A DNA stretch of 64,000 nucleotides from Felis catus. Taxonomy: Eukaryota. Of the stretch, positions 13,090-25,223 are shown one piece after another; within the stretch, counting starts at the first letter, position 1; every line of letters starts with the position of its first letter. The position numbers and the translations under genes were made by a program. The stretch is from NCBI RefSeq assembly GCF_018350175.1, contig NC_058368.1, positions 16,742,001-16,806,000 of the forward strand. Reading direction: 5' to 3'. The notes below the pieces were generated by a model. The model was not told where the DNA came from. It saw only the letters and a program-made list of their open reading frames with translations, and made no database searches.

Positions 13090-13882
13090 GAAATATAGCT
13101 GATTTAATAAAAAGAGAAATAAGAGTAAAATATTTAAATTGTTGAAAGAAATTTTAAAAACTCATCAACCTAGACTACTGTATTCAGTGCAATTATCTTT
13201 AAAAAGTGAAGGAGAAATAAAGACTTTTCCCAACAAACAAAAATTGAGTAAATTTTTTGCCAGGAGACCTGTCTTGCAAGAAACATTAAAAACAATTCGT
13301 CAGGAAGAAAGAAAAAAACATGTCACTCACTCAGAACTAAATAGAGAAAAGAATATCATTAGAAGAATATGAAGTAAAAGAAAACCCTTTATTTTTTATT
13401 CTAAATTGTTCTAACAGGTAACAGTTTGCTCAATATAATAATAGCAACAAAGTATGTGGTACTTACAACTGGTAAATAAGTTAAATAAATGACAGCAAGG
13501 GATGGGAGGGAAGAATTGGGTATATTTTGCTGAGTTACTTGTACCGCCCAGGAAATGCTGTAATGGTATTAGAAAGAAGTCTTGGATTAGTTGGGAACAC
13601 TTATTGCAAACCCAAGAACAACTAGTTAAAAAAGTAGTAAGAGATGAATAATTGTCATGCAACAGGGGAGATGAAATGAATCATAAAATCTTATAAAATG
13701 CATAATTAAAACCAGAGAAGACAGAAAACAGAAGACACAAAAGAAAAAAAAGCAAAAGAAAGAAAGAAAGAAAAAAAAGCAAAAGAAAGGGCAACAAGAG
13801 AAACAGAAAAGTGTAACAAATATGGCACATATTAATATTTACCTATTGTATTAACATGTCCAACTATATCAATAATCACTTT

Positions 13883-14300
13883 ATGTTAGTTTCAAGTGTA
13901 CAACACAATGATTCAATATTTAAATACATTGCAAAATAATTACACTCTAAGTCCAGTTAACATCTAACACTGTACCTAGTTACACATTTTTTTTATGATG
14001 AGAAGATCATAAGATCTTCTTTAAGATCTACTCTCTCAGCAACTTTTAAATATGCAATACGGTATTATTAACTATAGTCACCATGCCATACATTGTATCC
14101 CTGTGATTTGTTTGTTTTATACCTGGAAGTTTGTGCCTTTAACCCCCTTCACCCATTTCACTCACACCCCATCCCCTGCCTCTGGCAACCACCAGTCTGT
14201 TCTCTAAAGCCATGAGCTCCTTTCTTTGTTTTTTGGTTTGGAGGTTTATTTCTAGAGTCCATATAGAAGTGAGGTCGTATTGTATTGTCTTTCTCTCTTG
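13883..14300 (-). mobile_element. L1 3' UTR (L1MA9/early carnivore type)
   Basis: Reverse of gagaacagactggtggttgccagaggcaggggatgggg; gatctactctctcagcaactttt..aactatagtcaccatg. Confidence 0.85.
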
Positions 14301-15280
14301 GATTTGTTTTGAAGTAATCTCTGCTAAGAAAGACAGATATATCGAAGGATAGGTGAAAAAAATACTTGGCACATTTTGCAACTTGTAACTAGGATCCTGG
14401 CAGAGCCCTTCTGCTACTTATGTAACAGGTGCTTTGGGCCACCCTAGTAATAATGCATCCACCTAGCAATGTCTTTCTTTAAAAAAAAAAAAAAAGGAAA
14501 TTAAGAAGTGAACATGTGTGCTCACTGCCCCCGCACACACCCAGGTACATACACACCCGGGTACAAGTTGGTTGGTGCAGTGATGAAATTCTAGTATTTC
14601 AACCAGAGTAGGAGCTTTCATGTCTGAAGACCATAGCCCTAGTCCATGGCTAGCCATCAGTCATAAATTCTTATGAAACAACTTATACAAATATATAATT
14701 CATCTTTTAGGGCTCTTCTCATTTCAAAATAAAGTCAACTGAAATGGAAAAAAAATGAATATTTAAACATTTTTTTCTCTTTCAAAATAATGGGAGGAAT
14801 GTATGAACATTTATAGGAGATTCAGGTACAAAGTAAACAGTGCTCAATGTTCCCTCCTGAAGAACAAAGCGAAATGAGTAGAGGGCAGTGTGAAACCGAC
14901 ATTTCCCAAAGAAAAGATCCTCTGTTAAAAGCTGTGTGGTTCCATCAAATTTATGTAAAAAACAACCCAGCGATGAAGAAAGGTAACAATTTGGTCATCA
15001 CTGCCCGTTCTTATGAGTCAGAAATAATGGTCTTTAGGATTAAAAATATCTTTAAGCCTAACTTTAAAATATTTAACAGAATTTCTGAGATTCCCTCAAA
15101 CCTCTTCAGCTCAGCAAAGAAGCTTTGCTATTCTATCATATCCGAATTTCAGCCATGACAACAAAGTGTACTAAGTGCTCCTCCAAAACATTGGGGGTTC
15201 TGCATATTGTTACTATGGACCTGATTAGTCCGTTATATCTACCATTTTCTTTGATGTGTCTTGTTTTAAAAAATATCCTA

Positions 15281-15487
15281 TGGATGCCTGGTGGCTCAGT
15301 CGGTTAAGCGAATGACTCTTGGTTTCGGCTCAGGTCGTGATCTCCCAGTTTCAAGGGATCGAGCTCCACATCAGGCTCTACATTGACAGTGTGGAGTCTG
15401 CTTGGTATTCTCTCTCTCCCTCTCTCTCTCTGCCCCTGGCCCACTTGTGCTGCTTCTGTCTCTCTCAAAATAAATAAATAAACTTAA
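15281..15487 (+). mobile_element. Can-SINE
   Basis: gcctggtggctcagtcggttaagcg head, CT linker, aataaataaataaa. Confidence 0.92.
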
Positions 15488-15749
15488 GAAAGGGAAATAC
15501 ATCTAAAAATATTCTATATTTCAACTCAAAAATACAAACTGCAAGTCATAAAGGAAACAGCCATCCTTTCCAGAGAGACTTAATCATTGCTTTATTTGTT
15601 TATTCTGTATTCTAGTGCCTCAAAAGATGTAATGGATTGGTTAAAATAAGACTATTCATCATTTTTAGGAAATGTCTCTGATATAAAGTGGGGTATAAGT
15701 GTATTTTAGAGGACTAACATTCACCCTGCATTTCATTGATACAGGAGGC

Positions 15750-16005
15750 GAGGATAGCTGAATGGGCTGTATACACAGGTTCTTGAGTTCTATTTAATGG
15801 GTTTGAAACCAGACTCCTTCCACTTACTAACAGTGTGAAATTGGACAAGTTACTTTAACCCGGCTGTGCTTCAATCACCTGTCTGTAAAATGAAAGCAAC
15901 AACAATATCTACCTCATAATGTTGTCATGAGGATTAAGTAAGGTCATATAAAGTGCTTAGGCTAATTCCTGGCACATAGTAAGTGCTTCATTAACATCGG
16001 TTACT
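15750..16005 (+). mobile_element. MIR SINE
   Basis: ccacttactaacagtgtgaaattggacaagttact..ctgtaaaatg..gaggattaag..cctggcacatagtaagtgct. Confidence 0.85.
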
Positions 16006-16090
16006 CTTACAATCTCTGCTATTTTTGCTATTAGCACTATCAGTGTATTACGTGTGAAAACTAAGAAATAGGTACATGCATATGGACATA

Positions 16091-16250
16091 CATAGTTGAT
16101 CCTCATTATGCATGAGTTCCATTTTTTGTAAATTTGCCTACTTCTCAAAATTTACTTGTAACCCCAAAATCAATATCTGGGTTCTTTTGCTTCATTCATG
16201 GAAGGCATAGAATACAAAAACAATTGAGTTGCCCTGCATACACATTTTAG
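16091..16250. mobile_element. Tigger-family (MER82-like) DNA transposon fragment
   Basis: agttgatcctcattat..aatttgcctacttctcaaaatttacttgtaaccccaaaatcaat. Confidence 0.65.
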
Positions 16251-16341
16251 TATCCATTTTCACTTTTAAAATGGTATCTTTTAAAAAATCTTTAATATTG
16301 TCCAGTTTATCTTTTTTTCTTTTTCCTTTTTGAGTAAATGC

Positions 16342-16577
16342 TTTTTATTTATTTTTTTTTAATTTTTTTTTCAACGTTTATTTATTTTTTTGGGGACAGA
16401 GAGAGACAGAGCATGAACGGGGGAGGGGCAGAGAGAGAGGGAGACACAGAATCGGAAATAGGCTCTAGGCTCTGAGCCATCAGCCCAGAGCCCGACGCGG
16501 GGCTCGAACTCACGGACCGCGAGATCGTGACCTGGCTGAAGTCGGACGCTTAACCGACTGCGCCACCCAGGCGCCCC
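16342..16577 (-). mobile_element. Young felid Can-SINE (SINEC_Fc type)
   Basis: Intact CpGs, diagnostic gtggcgcagtcgg / cagccaggtcacga; TSD gagtaaatgctttt. Confidence 0.97.
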
Positions 16578-16700
16578 GAGTAAATGCTTTTTAAATCGTG
16601 TTTAAAAAATCATAGTGTCCTTGAGTATCATGAAGATACGGGTCTTTGTTGTCTTCAAAAAACCTTAGGTTTATATTTCAGATTCAGTCTATACTTCATA

Positions 16701-16721
16701 TTTTTTATGTTTATTTATTAT

Positions 16722-16752
<31 letters not shown>

Positions 16753-16918
16753 CAAATGGTGGGGGAGGGGCAGAGAGAGAAGGAGAGAGAATCCCAAGCA
16801 GGCTCCACACTCTCAGCATGGAGCCCAACTTTGGGTTCAATCCCATGAACCTTGAGATCATAACCTGAGCTGACACCAGAAGTTGGATGCTTAACCAGCT
16901 AAGCCACCCAGGCACCCC
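16701..16918 (-). mobile_element. Can-SINE
   Basis: Reverse body with long (AG)n. Confidence 0.92.
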
Positions 16919-19779
16919 TATACCTCATTTTAAATTGACTTTTGTGTATGGTATGACTATGAGGGAAGAGTCTCTCTCTCTCCCCCTCTTTCTCTCTCTC
17001 TCCACACACATACACCCAAACACATAAACCTACATATAAAACATTATATTTCCATCTAAATATCAAATTGACATGGCACCATTTATTGTAAAGACCATAC
17101 TTTCTCCTTTGTATTACTGTATCATCTTTGTCATAAATTATATTATAAATGTCTGTTTCTAGATGATATTAGGTTTCTGTTGATAGTTTATCTAGATTTG
17201 AATCAATATCATACCAAATTAATAATCCTAGATTTCTAAGTCTTGATATCTCTATTGTAACACCTTCAGCATCATTCTAATTTATGAGTTTTAGCTATTC
17301 TTGCCTTTGAACTTGCACGTGAATTTTAGAATTGACTTGTCATTTCTACCCAAAGAACACACGTTGTAATTTTACTTGTAAATGCATTAACTGTAGAGAA
17401 TAATTTTGAAAGAAGCAATATATTAAAATAATTGAATCTCCCAAACAGTGCACATGGTATAATTCTCTAGTTAGTACTTCTTTTCTTTCATTCAATTATG
17501 TTTTGTATTTTTTAATAGAGAGCTCTTGCTTTCAATATACTAGATTTTTTCCTAGTTAGAGGTATTTGTTAATATTAGCATAAATTGTATAAATTCACAA
17601 TTTTCAATTTTTTTTGGTTTCAGGTATATTAAATAAATTATCATTTTTAATCTTGCTATATTGCTAAATACATTTATCATCTCTGTTTATCTAGAAAAAT
17701 TTTTGGATTTCTACACACACCATCAACTTTTGATGAGTAATGCCAATTTATTTTCTTTCATCCCAATCATTATAAATTTAATTGTTTTTCCTATTATTGT
17801 GCTCTGACTAGACTGTCCAGTGAAATGTAAAATGAAGGGAATTATAATCTTTTCTCTTTCCCTATCTCTAGGAAGTGTTTTCAATAATTCATCACTTAGT
17901 ATAATGATCCCTGAAGAATTTTTGTACATAATCATATTCAGATTAAGAAAGTACTTTTCTATTCCTGGTTTGTTTATATTTTCATTTTCATCTTTTCTGT
18001 AACATGAAGGATCGTTATTTAGTATTGATTTTTTTATCAAATTTCTTACATAATATACTAATGTGTAGTGTTAGATTTTAACCAGTCTAACATTTGTCTT
18101 ATAATTAGGGGATTTTGTCCATTTGCATTCAAAGTAAGTTCTATATTGAGCTTGAATCTATTATCTTACTATTTATTTTTTATTTGATATATCTACTACA
18201 TATGCCTTTCATCTATCTTTTCCTCTTTTGATTTAATTGATTATATTTAATTATTTCTTTCCTCACTCTATTAGCATATTGATTGTACATTCCTTTGCTA
18301 TTTGTCCAAAGGTTAAACTAAATGTTATATCATGCATTTTCAAACAATTAGAACCTAATATAAACAATTAAATATTTCCTGATTTTTCTAGATCCTTAAA
18401 GTACTTAATCCATTTACTAGCCTCTCTTTTGTGTCACTATCTTGCAATTTAATTGTATGTAATTATTTCAATCCTATGATATTTATTATCATTATTATCA
18501 CAACTACTGTGGTTTTGAATTGATATTTATTTAAATTTAGCCACCTATTTAACCTCAAAGAATTGCAACGTTTTGTCTAAAATCCTTTTTCTTTTTATTA
18601 ATGAATTATTTTAATATTTCTTTTGGTAATGCCATGCTAGCGATACATTCTTTGTGTTTGTTGTTCATTGTTTTCTTCAAACATTTTAATAATATCATTC
18701 CATTAGCTTTGGGGTTCCATTATTGCAATTAAAAAAAGATCCATTCTTGTTATTTTAAAGACAATGGATTTTTTTCCTGGCTGCCATTATTGCATTTTTA
18801 TCCTGATGTGCCTCCGAGTGATTTACTTATTCCATCTAGGGTTTAAAGAGATCCTGAATCCTACCTTAACGTCTTAATTTAGCTCTGGAGAATTCTTGGT
18901 GATTTTCAATATTTCTTTGGTACCTTCTTTTCCTCTTCACCTTTTAAAACGTAAATCGATCATAAGTTAGACTCTTTCATTTTGTCCCATATATTGCTTT
19001 TTTTCTGTTCTGAATTGTCTATATAGTTTTTTTCTTTGGCCTAGATTCTACAGTTTTTGAATGATGTCTTCCTATTTATTAATCAATTATTCTATTCTGA
19101 ACTATTAAGTTCTTAACTTCAATTATTTTATTTTTAAGCCCTAAAATGTCTATTTTACTAATTTTTATACATTTCAATTCTCTGATGAAATTCCTCCTTT
19201 AAACTCTTTTCTTCATTGTTTTCTTTATACTTTGACCATATTTACCACAGTTATCTTAAGATTATTGTTATTCTTTTCAATATCTACATCACGTATGGAT
19301 GGGGCCATTAATTTTTCTATTCTTTCTGTGTTTTTAATTATCTAGCCCTGTCTTTTGGTGTCCCTGTACTAGTAAAATTTCATTGAAATTTGAATATTGT
19401 GCATAAAAATTATAGTGTCTCAACACTATTTTCTTATTCTAGGCAGGATTTATGTTTTTCTCTAGTAGACTTTGGTGCTATTCATCTTAAACCAATTAGA
19501 GATTGAATAGTCATGAGGCCAAATTGCTGTTTTAGTACAGCTCTGTCTACTTCTACTACCTGACTGTCAAGGAATAACCTTCTAGCACTTCCAACTCTGA
19601 GCCTGAGCTATTAACTAGCCCTTTCACGTTATGAATTAGGAACTGTGCCTAAGCACCGACTACAAGACTACAAGAGTCTCCTTTTTCCTTTGCCAAGCCT
19701 TTTGCTTAGTTTCTAGACTCTCATCTTGTACTTTAGATAATGGCAAATAAAATCTGAGGAAAAAACTAACTGTATTGAT

Positions 19780-20261
19780 TGAGTTAATCATGAATTCCTG
19801 AGCCCTCAAAAGTTCTTTTAGCTGGACTAAAAATCATATTGACATGAAACAGAGTAACAGTAGAAAATACAATTTAATAGGCATACATTAATCTACATAG
19901 ACATGGAAATTCCAAAGGCAGACAAAGTGAGGTATATATGTCATTCTGAACTCAGGAGAGGGAGTAAGGGTCTGGGATTTCAGAGGAAAGGAATGCACTT
20001 CAAAGGATGATGAGAAGAGGGTATGCTTGGGAGTTAAACGTTTGCCCTGCCATACAGATGGGTCACTCAGATAAAATTTATCTCTGTTAATAACAGAGAT
20101 ATTCTGATACTCTGCAAAAGACCCCCAATTTAGATTCTTCTGTGTGGTTAAGGGAGAAACAAAAGTTTCTCTTGAGCCCACAGTATCTCAAGTGGCTTCA
20201 GGTCAAAATAATCCACATGTCAAAGTGGCATATTCTGGGAGGGGCTGTCCTTAACCCTTCA
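19780..20261 (-). mobile_element. Solo ERV1-class LTR, MER34-like
   Basis: Reverse strand starts TGAAGGGTTAAGGACAGCCCCTCCCAGAATATGCCACTTTGACATGTGGATTATTTTGA, like the MER34 5' end, and ends ..CA. Confidence 0.7.
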
Positions 20262-20812
20262 TATGTCTTTTTTTTCTATATTTTTGGTGCTTTGACATGT
20301 TGGGAACCTGCTGAAGGACTGCTCCTCCCAAGACCAGCCAATTCCTAGAGACAGTAAAGGACTCACATACAAACACGTCTTTCCTATGCAAATAAACAAA
20401 TCCAGAACTCACCCCGCCCCCCAGACAAATTCCTTACTGGGGTCTTACACTCTGGGCCTCTGTCCCTCTGCCCCAATCACTCCAGCGTCAAGTACCAGGC
20501 AACTAAGGACAGCCCTTACACCCCAAACCTTGCTGATATTATTCAAACTAGTCAATTCTAAACCTGCTTCCCCTTTCTTGCCTGTTCATTCTCATGAAAG
20601 CCATAGTGAAGTCTCTTGAGGATATTTCCCTCTTGCTCCCTTGGCCCTCTGACCAATTCTGGTGCTTCTCCATGTGTGCCCTTTCCCCGTGACGTAGCAT
20701 CGCCCCTCTTTTAAAGATCTGTGAGTATAACAAACTATCTTTTCAGTGGAAGGTATTCCCTGATCTCTTGGCCCCACCATATGTGAATAATTATAAAACC
20801 TACATTTTAATA
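20262..20812 (+). mobile_element. Solo ERVL LTR, MER74-like
   Basis: gccaattcctagagacagtaaa..tattcaaactagtcaattctaaacctgct..ctgtgagtataacaaactatcttttca..aaaacctacatttta. Confidence 0.8.
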
Positions 20813-21059
20813 TATGTATTGAATCCTTTCTTTCCTCCTCTCTTCACATCAGACTCCTAACCCCTAGAGATTCTAATTTTTCTTCATTTCTGTGAAAACA
20901 ACAGAAACTCGTGTATTTTCTGTGCCTTCTAGAAACAATCCTTTGTCTGAGTCTTTCATTCAAAAGTCCACCCACTTATTATTTTTCCAGACCTGGAAAA
21001 TGTTCCCAGGAAATGGTGGCTAGGAATGGTTCCAAGGAAATGTATGGCTGTCCCGACAA

Positions 21060-21360
21060 CTACTCATCAGCCCTGAACTGTCTTGCATTTTGGCATAATA
21101 ACATTTTCCTCAAGTATCTGAGTACTAGGTCTATTACCAATTTTCCCCATATGTTTCAAATACTATTCGGTTATATAAGCCAGAGTTTCCCCTTCTACGT
21201 GACCCCACCTCCATCCACCATAGATGAAAATGTCCTTTGATCAGCATTCTAGAATTCCCAACTATCACTAGCATTAGTATTTTTGTTACCATCTGACTGA
21301 TGAGTAACACAATTCCAGAATCCTATTCTCAGGATATGCTACCTAGGCTAGTTTTCAGTG
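21060..21360 (-). mobile_element. ERV-L (HERV16-like) 5' internal/gag remnant
   Basis: Reverse strand reads ggattctggaattgtgttactcatcagtcagatggtaac..ttttcatctatggtggatggaggtgggg..gtatttgaaacatatggggaaaat, as in recalled ERVL 5' internal/gag. Confidence 0.55.
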
Positions 21361-21711
21361 TATTTTCTCCCAGCCCATATCATATTTCTTATTTCACTTA
21401 TATCACTAATTGATGGCATCAATTTTTCAATTAAGAAAAATACAGATTCAGAGAATGGTCACATATCCCTAATATTCACAGGCTTGTATCTTAAATGTAA
21501 CATAGCAATCCTGAACATCTCACTTCTGTAAAATCTGTTGCCTAATTTTGTTACTTTTCCATGTGTAATTGATACTGACACCCCTTTGGCATTATCACAG
21601 TTGGTGTACTAAACAATTCATGAGCACTGGAAATTTGGTCCCCTTGAAAATCGGTAGTCAGTCACTCTGAAATTATTACTTAAGATGTCTCCCTGCTATA
21701 GCAGTAGAAAA

Positions 21712-21937
21712 TTTTTTTTAAGTTTTTTTTTCAATGTTTATTTATTTTTGAGAGACAGAGAGAGACAAAACATGAGGTGGGGAGGGGCAGAGCGAGAAGG
21801 AGACACAGAATCCGAAGGAGGTTCCAGGCTCTGAGCTGTCAGCACAGAGCCCGATGCAGGGCTTGAACCCACAAACCATGAGATCATGACCCAGGCCAAA
21901 GTCAGACACTTAACTGACTGAGCCACCCAGGTGCCCC
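21712..21937 (-). mobile_element. Can-SINE
   Basis: Reverse body and head; TSD cagtagaaa. Confidence 0.93.
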
Positions 21938-22137
21938 TAGACAGTAGAAATTTTTAATTATATGATACTTTTTCTTGATTGCACCACTTAACTTCAGGGT
22001 GAAATGCCTTATCCGTTTATACTTTGCTTCATGTTGTAAAATAATTGGCTGGGACAGGCAGAAATACACATTTGCTGTCTTTTCCTAAAACCATGTTAAC
22101 TTTCCTGCTCATTATCACAGTGTAATCTAAAGGAAAC

Positions 22138-22250
22138 TGTATTATTTGATATTCCACAGCTAAACCTTGTGACAGGGATTTGAAAGTACTGATTTTATGG
22201 TAAGTCACATGCATGCCAGAAGTTGGGATAGATGATAACACATCAGGAGG
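22138..22250 (-). mobile_element. LTR16-like LTR 3' end
   Basis: Reverse strand cataaaatcagtactttcaaatccctgtcacaaggtttagctgtggaatatcaaataataCA resembles the LTR16 terminus. Confidence 0.45.
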
Positions 22251-24624
22251 GAAAACATTTTCTTCAAAGTCGAAGACAAGTTATTGTACCTTGCATCTCC
22301 TACCCTGAAATAAGGCACAGCACTTCATTAGTCTTTTTGGATTCTGGAGAATGCATATTCCATACTGTATAATACTTCACTAACTACTTACTGAACAATA
22401 GAAGACTTTTAGTTTTGAGTGGGTGTCAGAACAAGGGGCTCTGTAGCAGCTTCAAGCTGAAGTGCAAACAGCCTTACTTATCAGATAAGTAAGTAATGTG
22501 GGGCATATGACTTATCAGATCCAAAGGTACTTGAGGTACTTGTAATCCCTCATAGAAGAGGTACAGCATGGGACGAGGTGCTGCCACATTCTCTGTACCA
22601 TTTTAGAGGCAATTTATGGTGTGCTATTGGGCTCTAGCAAAAACTGAGTACCTGACCACGGGATGTCAAGCGACTATGTGATCGGAGTGTCCACCATGAA
22701 CTGAATACTGTCAGAACCACCAGATACAATATCATGCAGGGATACTAACAATACAATATACAATAAAAGCAAAGCATTCATGATCAGCCTCAACAAGATT
22801 TGGAGGGCACGAGTCAATTACTTATTCTGGTGTCCCAGACATAAAGATGACATATAGTTGAAACATATGTTTCCTAGCACATGACCTTTGGTCATTCATG
22901 GGGATGAATTATCTATACCTACCACAACTAGCTAAAGAAAAAAGAAAAAAAGAAAAACAATCCCAGACTTGGACCATGGATGGATTGGCTTGATTTGCCA
23001 ATGTGAGCCAGACATGGACTGCTATCACAGCTATATTCTATAGTGATTCTAAAAGATTTGGTGAGAGAAAATCCTCTTTCTGAGCAGAGATTCTAGCAAG
23101 ATACATAGTTACCAAGCTAGTGTAGTGGGAAAAGTTGTCTGAGATAAAGATAAATATGGCAACTGGGCAGTTGCAGATGGCATGGTTGATTGGCCAGAAG
23201 ACTGGAAGGAACAAGTTTTAAAGACGAGAGACAAGGAAATATGGAGAAGAGACAAGTAAATGAGCCATGGGAAAGGTCACAAATTGTGTGGCTCTTTGTT
23301 CTAACACGAATTCTTGCTGGATAGTATACTCCACAGGGAAGGATCTGAACAAACAACAAGAACACTGTATGGTTTTTCTAGGGGAATTCAGACAATCTCT
23401 GTCCTTGGAACACCATTGTCGTCACAATGAGCCAACAAATGGAGTAGCCATGACAGCAGGGATGAGAGCAACATAGGTATTCAGAGCATGGACTTCCTCC
23501 TACCAAGACTGACCAAGCTACTGCCTTTGTTGAATATACAAACTGTCAGTATCAGAGATCCATGATGAGTCCTTGCAAGAGTATTATACCTCAAGACAGT
23601 GAACAAGCTGATTGATTCAGACAATTCTGCCTCAAAGAGGGAAACAGATAATGATACTATTTGTTTCCAGGAATTTTTAAGGTGTTTTTAGCATTGATAT
23701 ACATTCTGTGTGGAGGTTTGCCCTTCCTGTCCATAGTAGTTTGGCTAGAATTACTATCTAAGGGTTTGTGAGGAATTGTATTTACCACGATGGTCTATAG
23801 TATAGACCAAGTGACATTCTTTATAGTGAAGGAAGTATGAAAGAAGATCCACTATTTCTATTAGATCTTCTTATACCACATCACCAAATCCTGATAGACT
23901 TATGGAAATAGACTCTTGAAGCCTCAGCTAGAGAACCAACTAAGAAATGACACTCCATGGTATTGTGACACTGTTTTGCCAGATGTGGCACATATTTGAA
24001 ACCCAAAGCCATTGTATGAATCTGTTTTCCTTATAGCTAGAATTCCCTTCTCACCAACATTCCCAGTGGCATATATGAAGAATTTATACTTCTTGCCATT
24101 ACAATAGAATGTTCTGGATTAGAGTTCCTAGTTCCTGGAGAGAGATGATATATGAGAGGACACAATGAGTGTTCTGCTAAACCTGAAGCCACAGCCACTG
24201 CATCAGAGTCTTTTCATGTAGACAGACCAGTAGGCAAACAAAGGAATTTTCTACTGGAGTGGGTGATTTACCACAGTGATCTTCAGGACATAAGGTTTTA
24301 CTTCTGTAATGAAGCAAGGTTGAATATTGCTGGAATACAGAGGATGCATTGAGGTGACCTAACTGCTTACGTGACCTCTGAAAACTACAAGTAGAAAATT
24401 TCAGCAACTGTGGCCATACAGCGTCATGGTAACCAGGGGCATGGGCCATTCAGGGAGGAAAATCTGCCCTGTCAGTCCACAAGTCAAGCAGTTTTGATGA
24501 ACTGAAATGCTGGCCATGGTTGAGGGAAATGAAGAATGGGTGACCAAAAAGGGCGATAATAGTGATCAGTTACTGCCTTGGGCCAACTGTGGCAGTAGAG
24601 ACCATTGCTCTGAAGCTAAGTCTT

Positions 24625-25121
24625 ATTTTTATTTTTTTATCTTTATTTTTTTTATTTTTTTAATTTATTTTTTTTCTTTTAGAAAGATAGTGGGGAAGAG
24701 GGGCACGGTGGCGGGGGGTGGGGGGGTGGGGGGGGTGGTACCTCGAGAGAAAGAGACAGAAGAGAGAGAGAGAATCCCAAGCGGACTCCATGCTCAGTCT
24801 AGAGCCGGATGCAGGCCTTGATCCCATAAGCCTGGGACGACGGCCTGAGCCGAAATCAAGAGTTGGGTGCTCGGGGCGCCTGGGTGGCTCAGTCGGTTGA
24901 GCGTCAGACTTCCGCTCAGGTCAAGATTTCGCGGTCAGTTCGAGCCCCGCGTCAGGCTTTGTGCTGACAGCTCGGAGCCTGGAGCCTGCTTCACATTCTG
25001 TGTCTCCCCATCTCTCGGCCCCTCCCCTGCTCATGCTCTGTCTGTCTCTCTCTCTCAATAATAAATAAACGTTAGAAAAAGAAGAGTTGGGTGCTCAACC
25101 GACTGAGCCACCCAGACTCCC
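24625..25121 (-). mobile_element. Can-SINE split by a nested SINE
   Basis: Reverse body at 24625-24872 resumes at 25097 (aaccgactgagccacccagactccc); TSD agtcttatttt. Confidence 0.88.
24873..25080 (+). mobile_element. Can-SINE nested in another Can-SINE
   Basis: ggggcgcctgggtggctcagtcgg head; 15-bp TSD aagagttgggtgctc at 24858-24872 and 25082-25096. Confidence 0.95.
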
Positions 25122-25223
25122 TGTTGAGTCTTATTTTTAAACTGTTATCACTTAGAGAATCAGAGACGGGCAGAAGTAGTCAGTGTGGGGTCCAAGTGGA
25201 TCTGAGTAGCTCCGGGGATGGTC

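Larger units (their letters stand above)
10955..13882 (+). mobile_element. Old L1 (L1MC/L1MD-type) 5' UTR + ORF1 + inter-ORF, ending at the start of ORF2
   Basis: ORF 13139-13372 (QPRLLYSVQLSLKSEGEIKTFPNKQKLSKFFARRPVLQETLK) matches the L1 ORF1p C-terminal domain; ends in ccaactatatcaataatcacttt, equivalent to the ORF2 endonuclease start (ISIITL). Confidence 0.85.
16255..19440 (-). mobile_element. Decayed L1 (ORF1-ORF2 region), antisense
   Basis: ORF 17723-18040 (KPGIEKYFLNLNMIMYKNSSGIIILSDELLKTLP) matches the L1 ORF2 RT segment [34 protein letters not shown]; T-rich + strand. Confidence 0.75.
22255..25223 (+). mobile_element. ERV-L internal region: decayed pol (RT connection, RNase H, integrase) and dUTPase
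   Basis: Frameshifted translations: FKVEDKLLYLASPT / AQHFISLFGFWRMHIP (about 22263-22365); EHGLPPTKTDQATAFVEYTNCQYQR (about 23484-23560, integrase Zn-finger region); LEFLVPG (about 24119, ERVL dUTPase region); purine tract ggggatggtc before the LTR. Confidence 0.85.

Noticed and set aside
13139..13372. ORF with clear protein similarity
   Set aside because: Fragment of decayed L1 ORF1p, not a host gene. The same applies to 17723-18040 and 56651-56836 (L1 ORF2) and 55614-55808 (MaLR).
14575..14635. Possible C/D-box snoRNA (GTGATGA at 14580, CTGA at about 14624)
   Set aside because: Only about 48 nt from box C to box D, a weak terminal stem and no recognisable guide. An Infernal/Rfam search would settle it.
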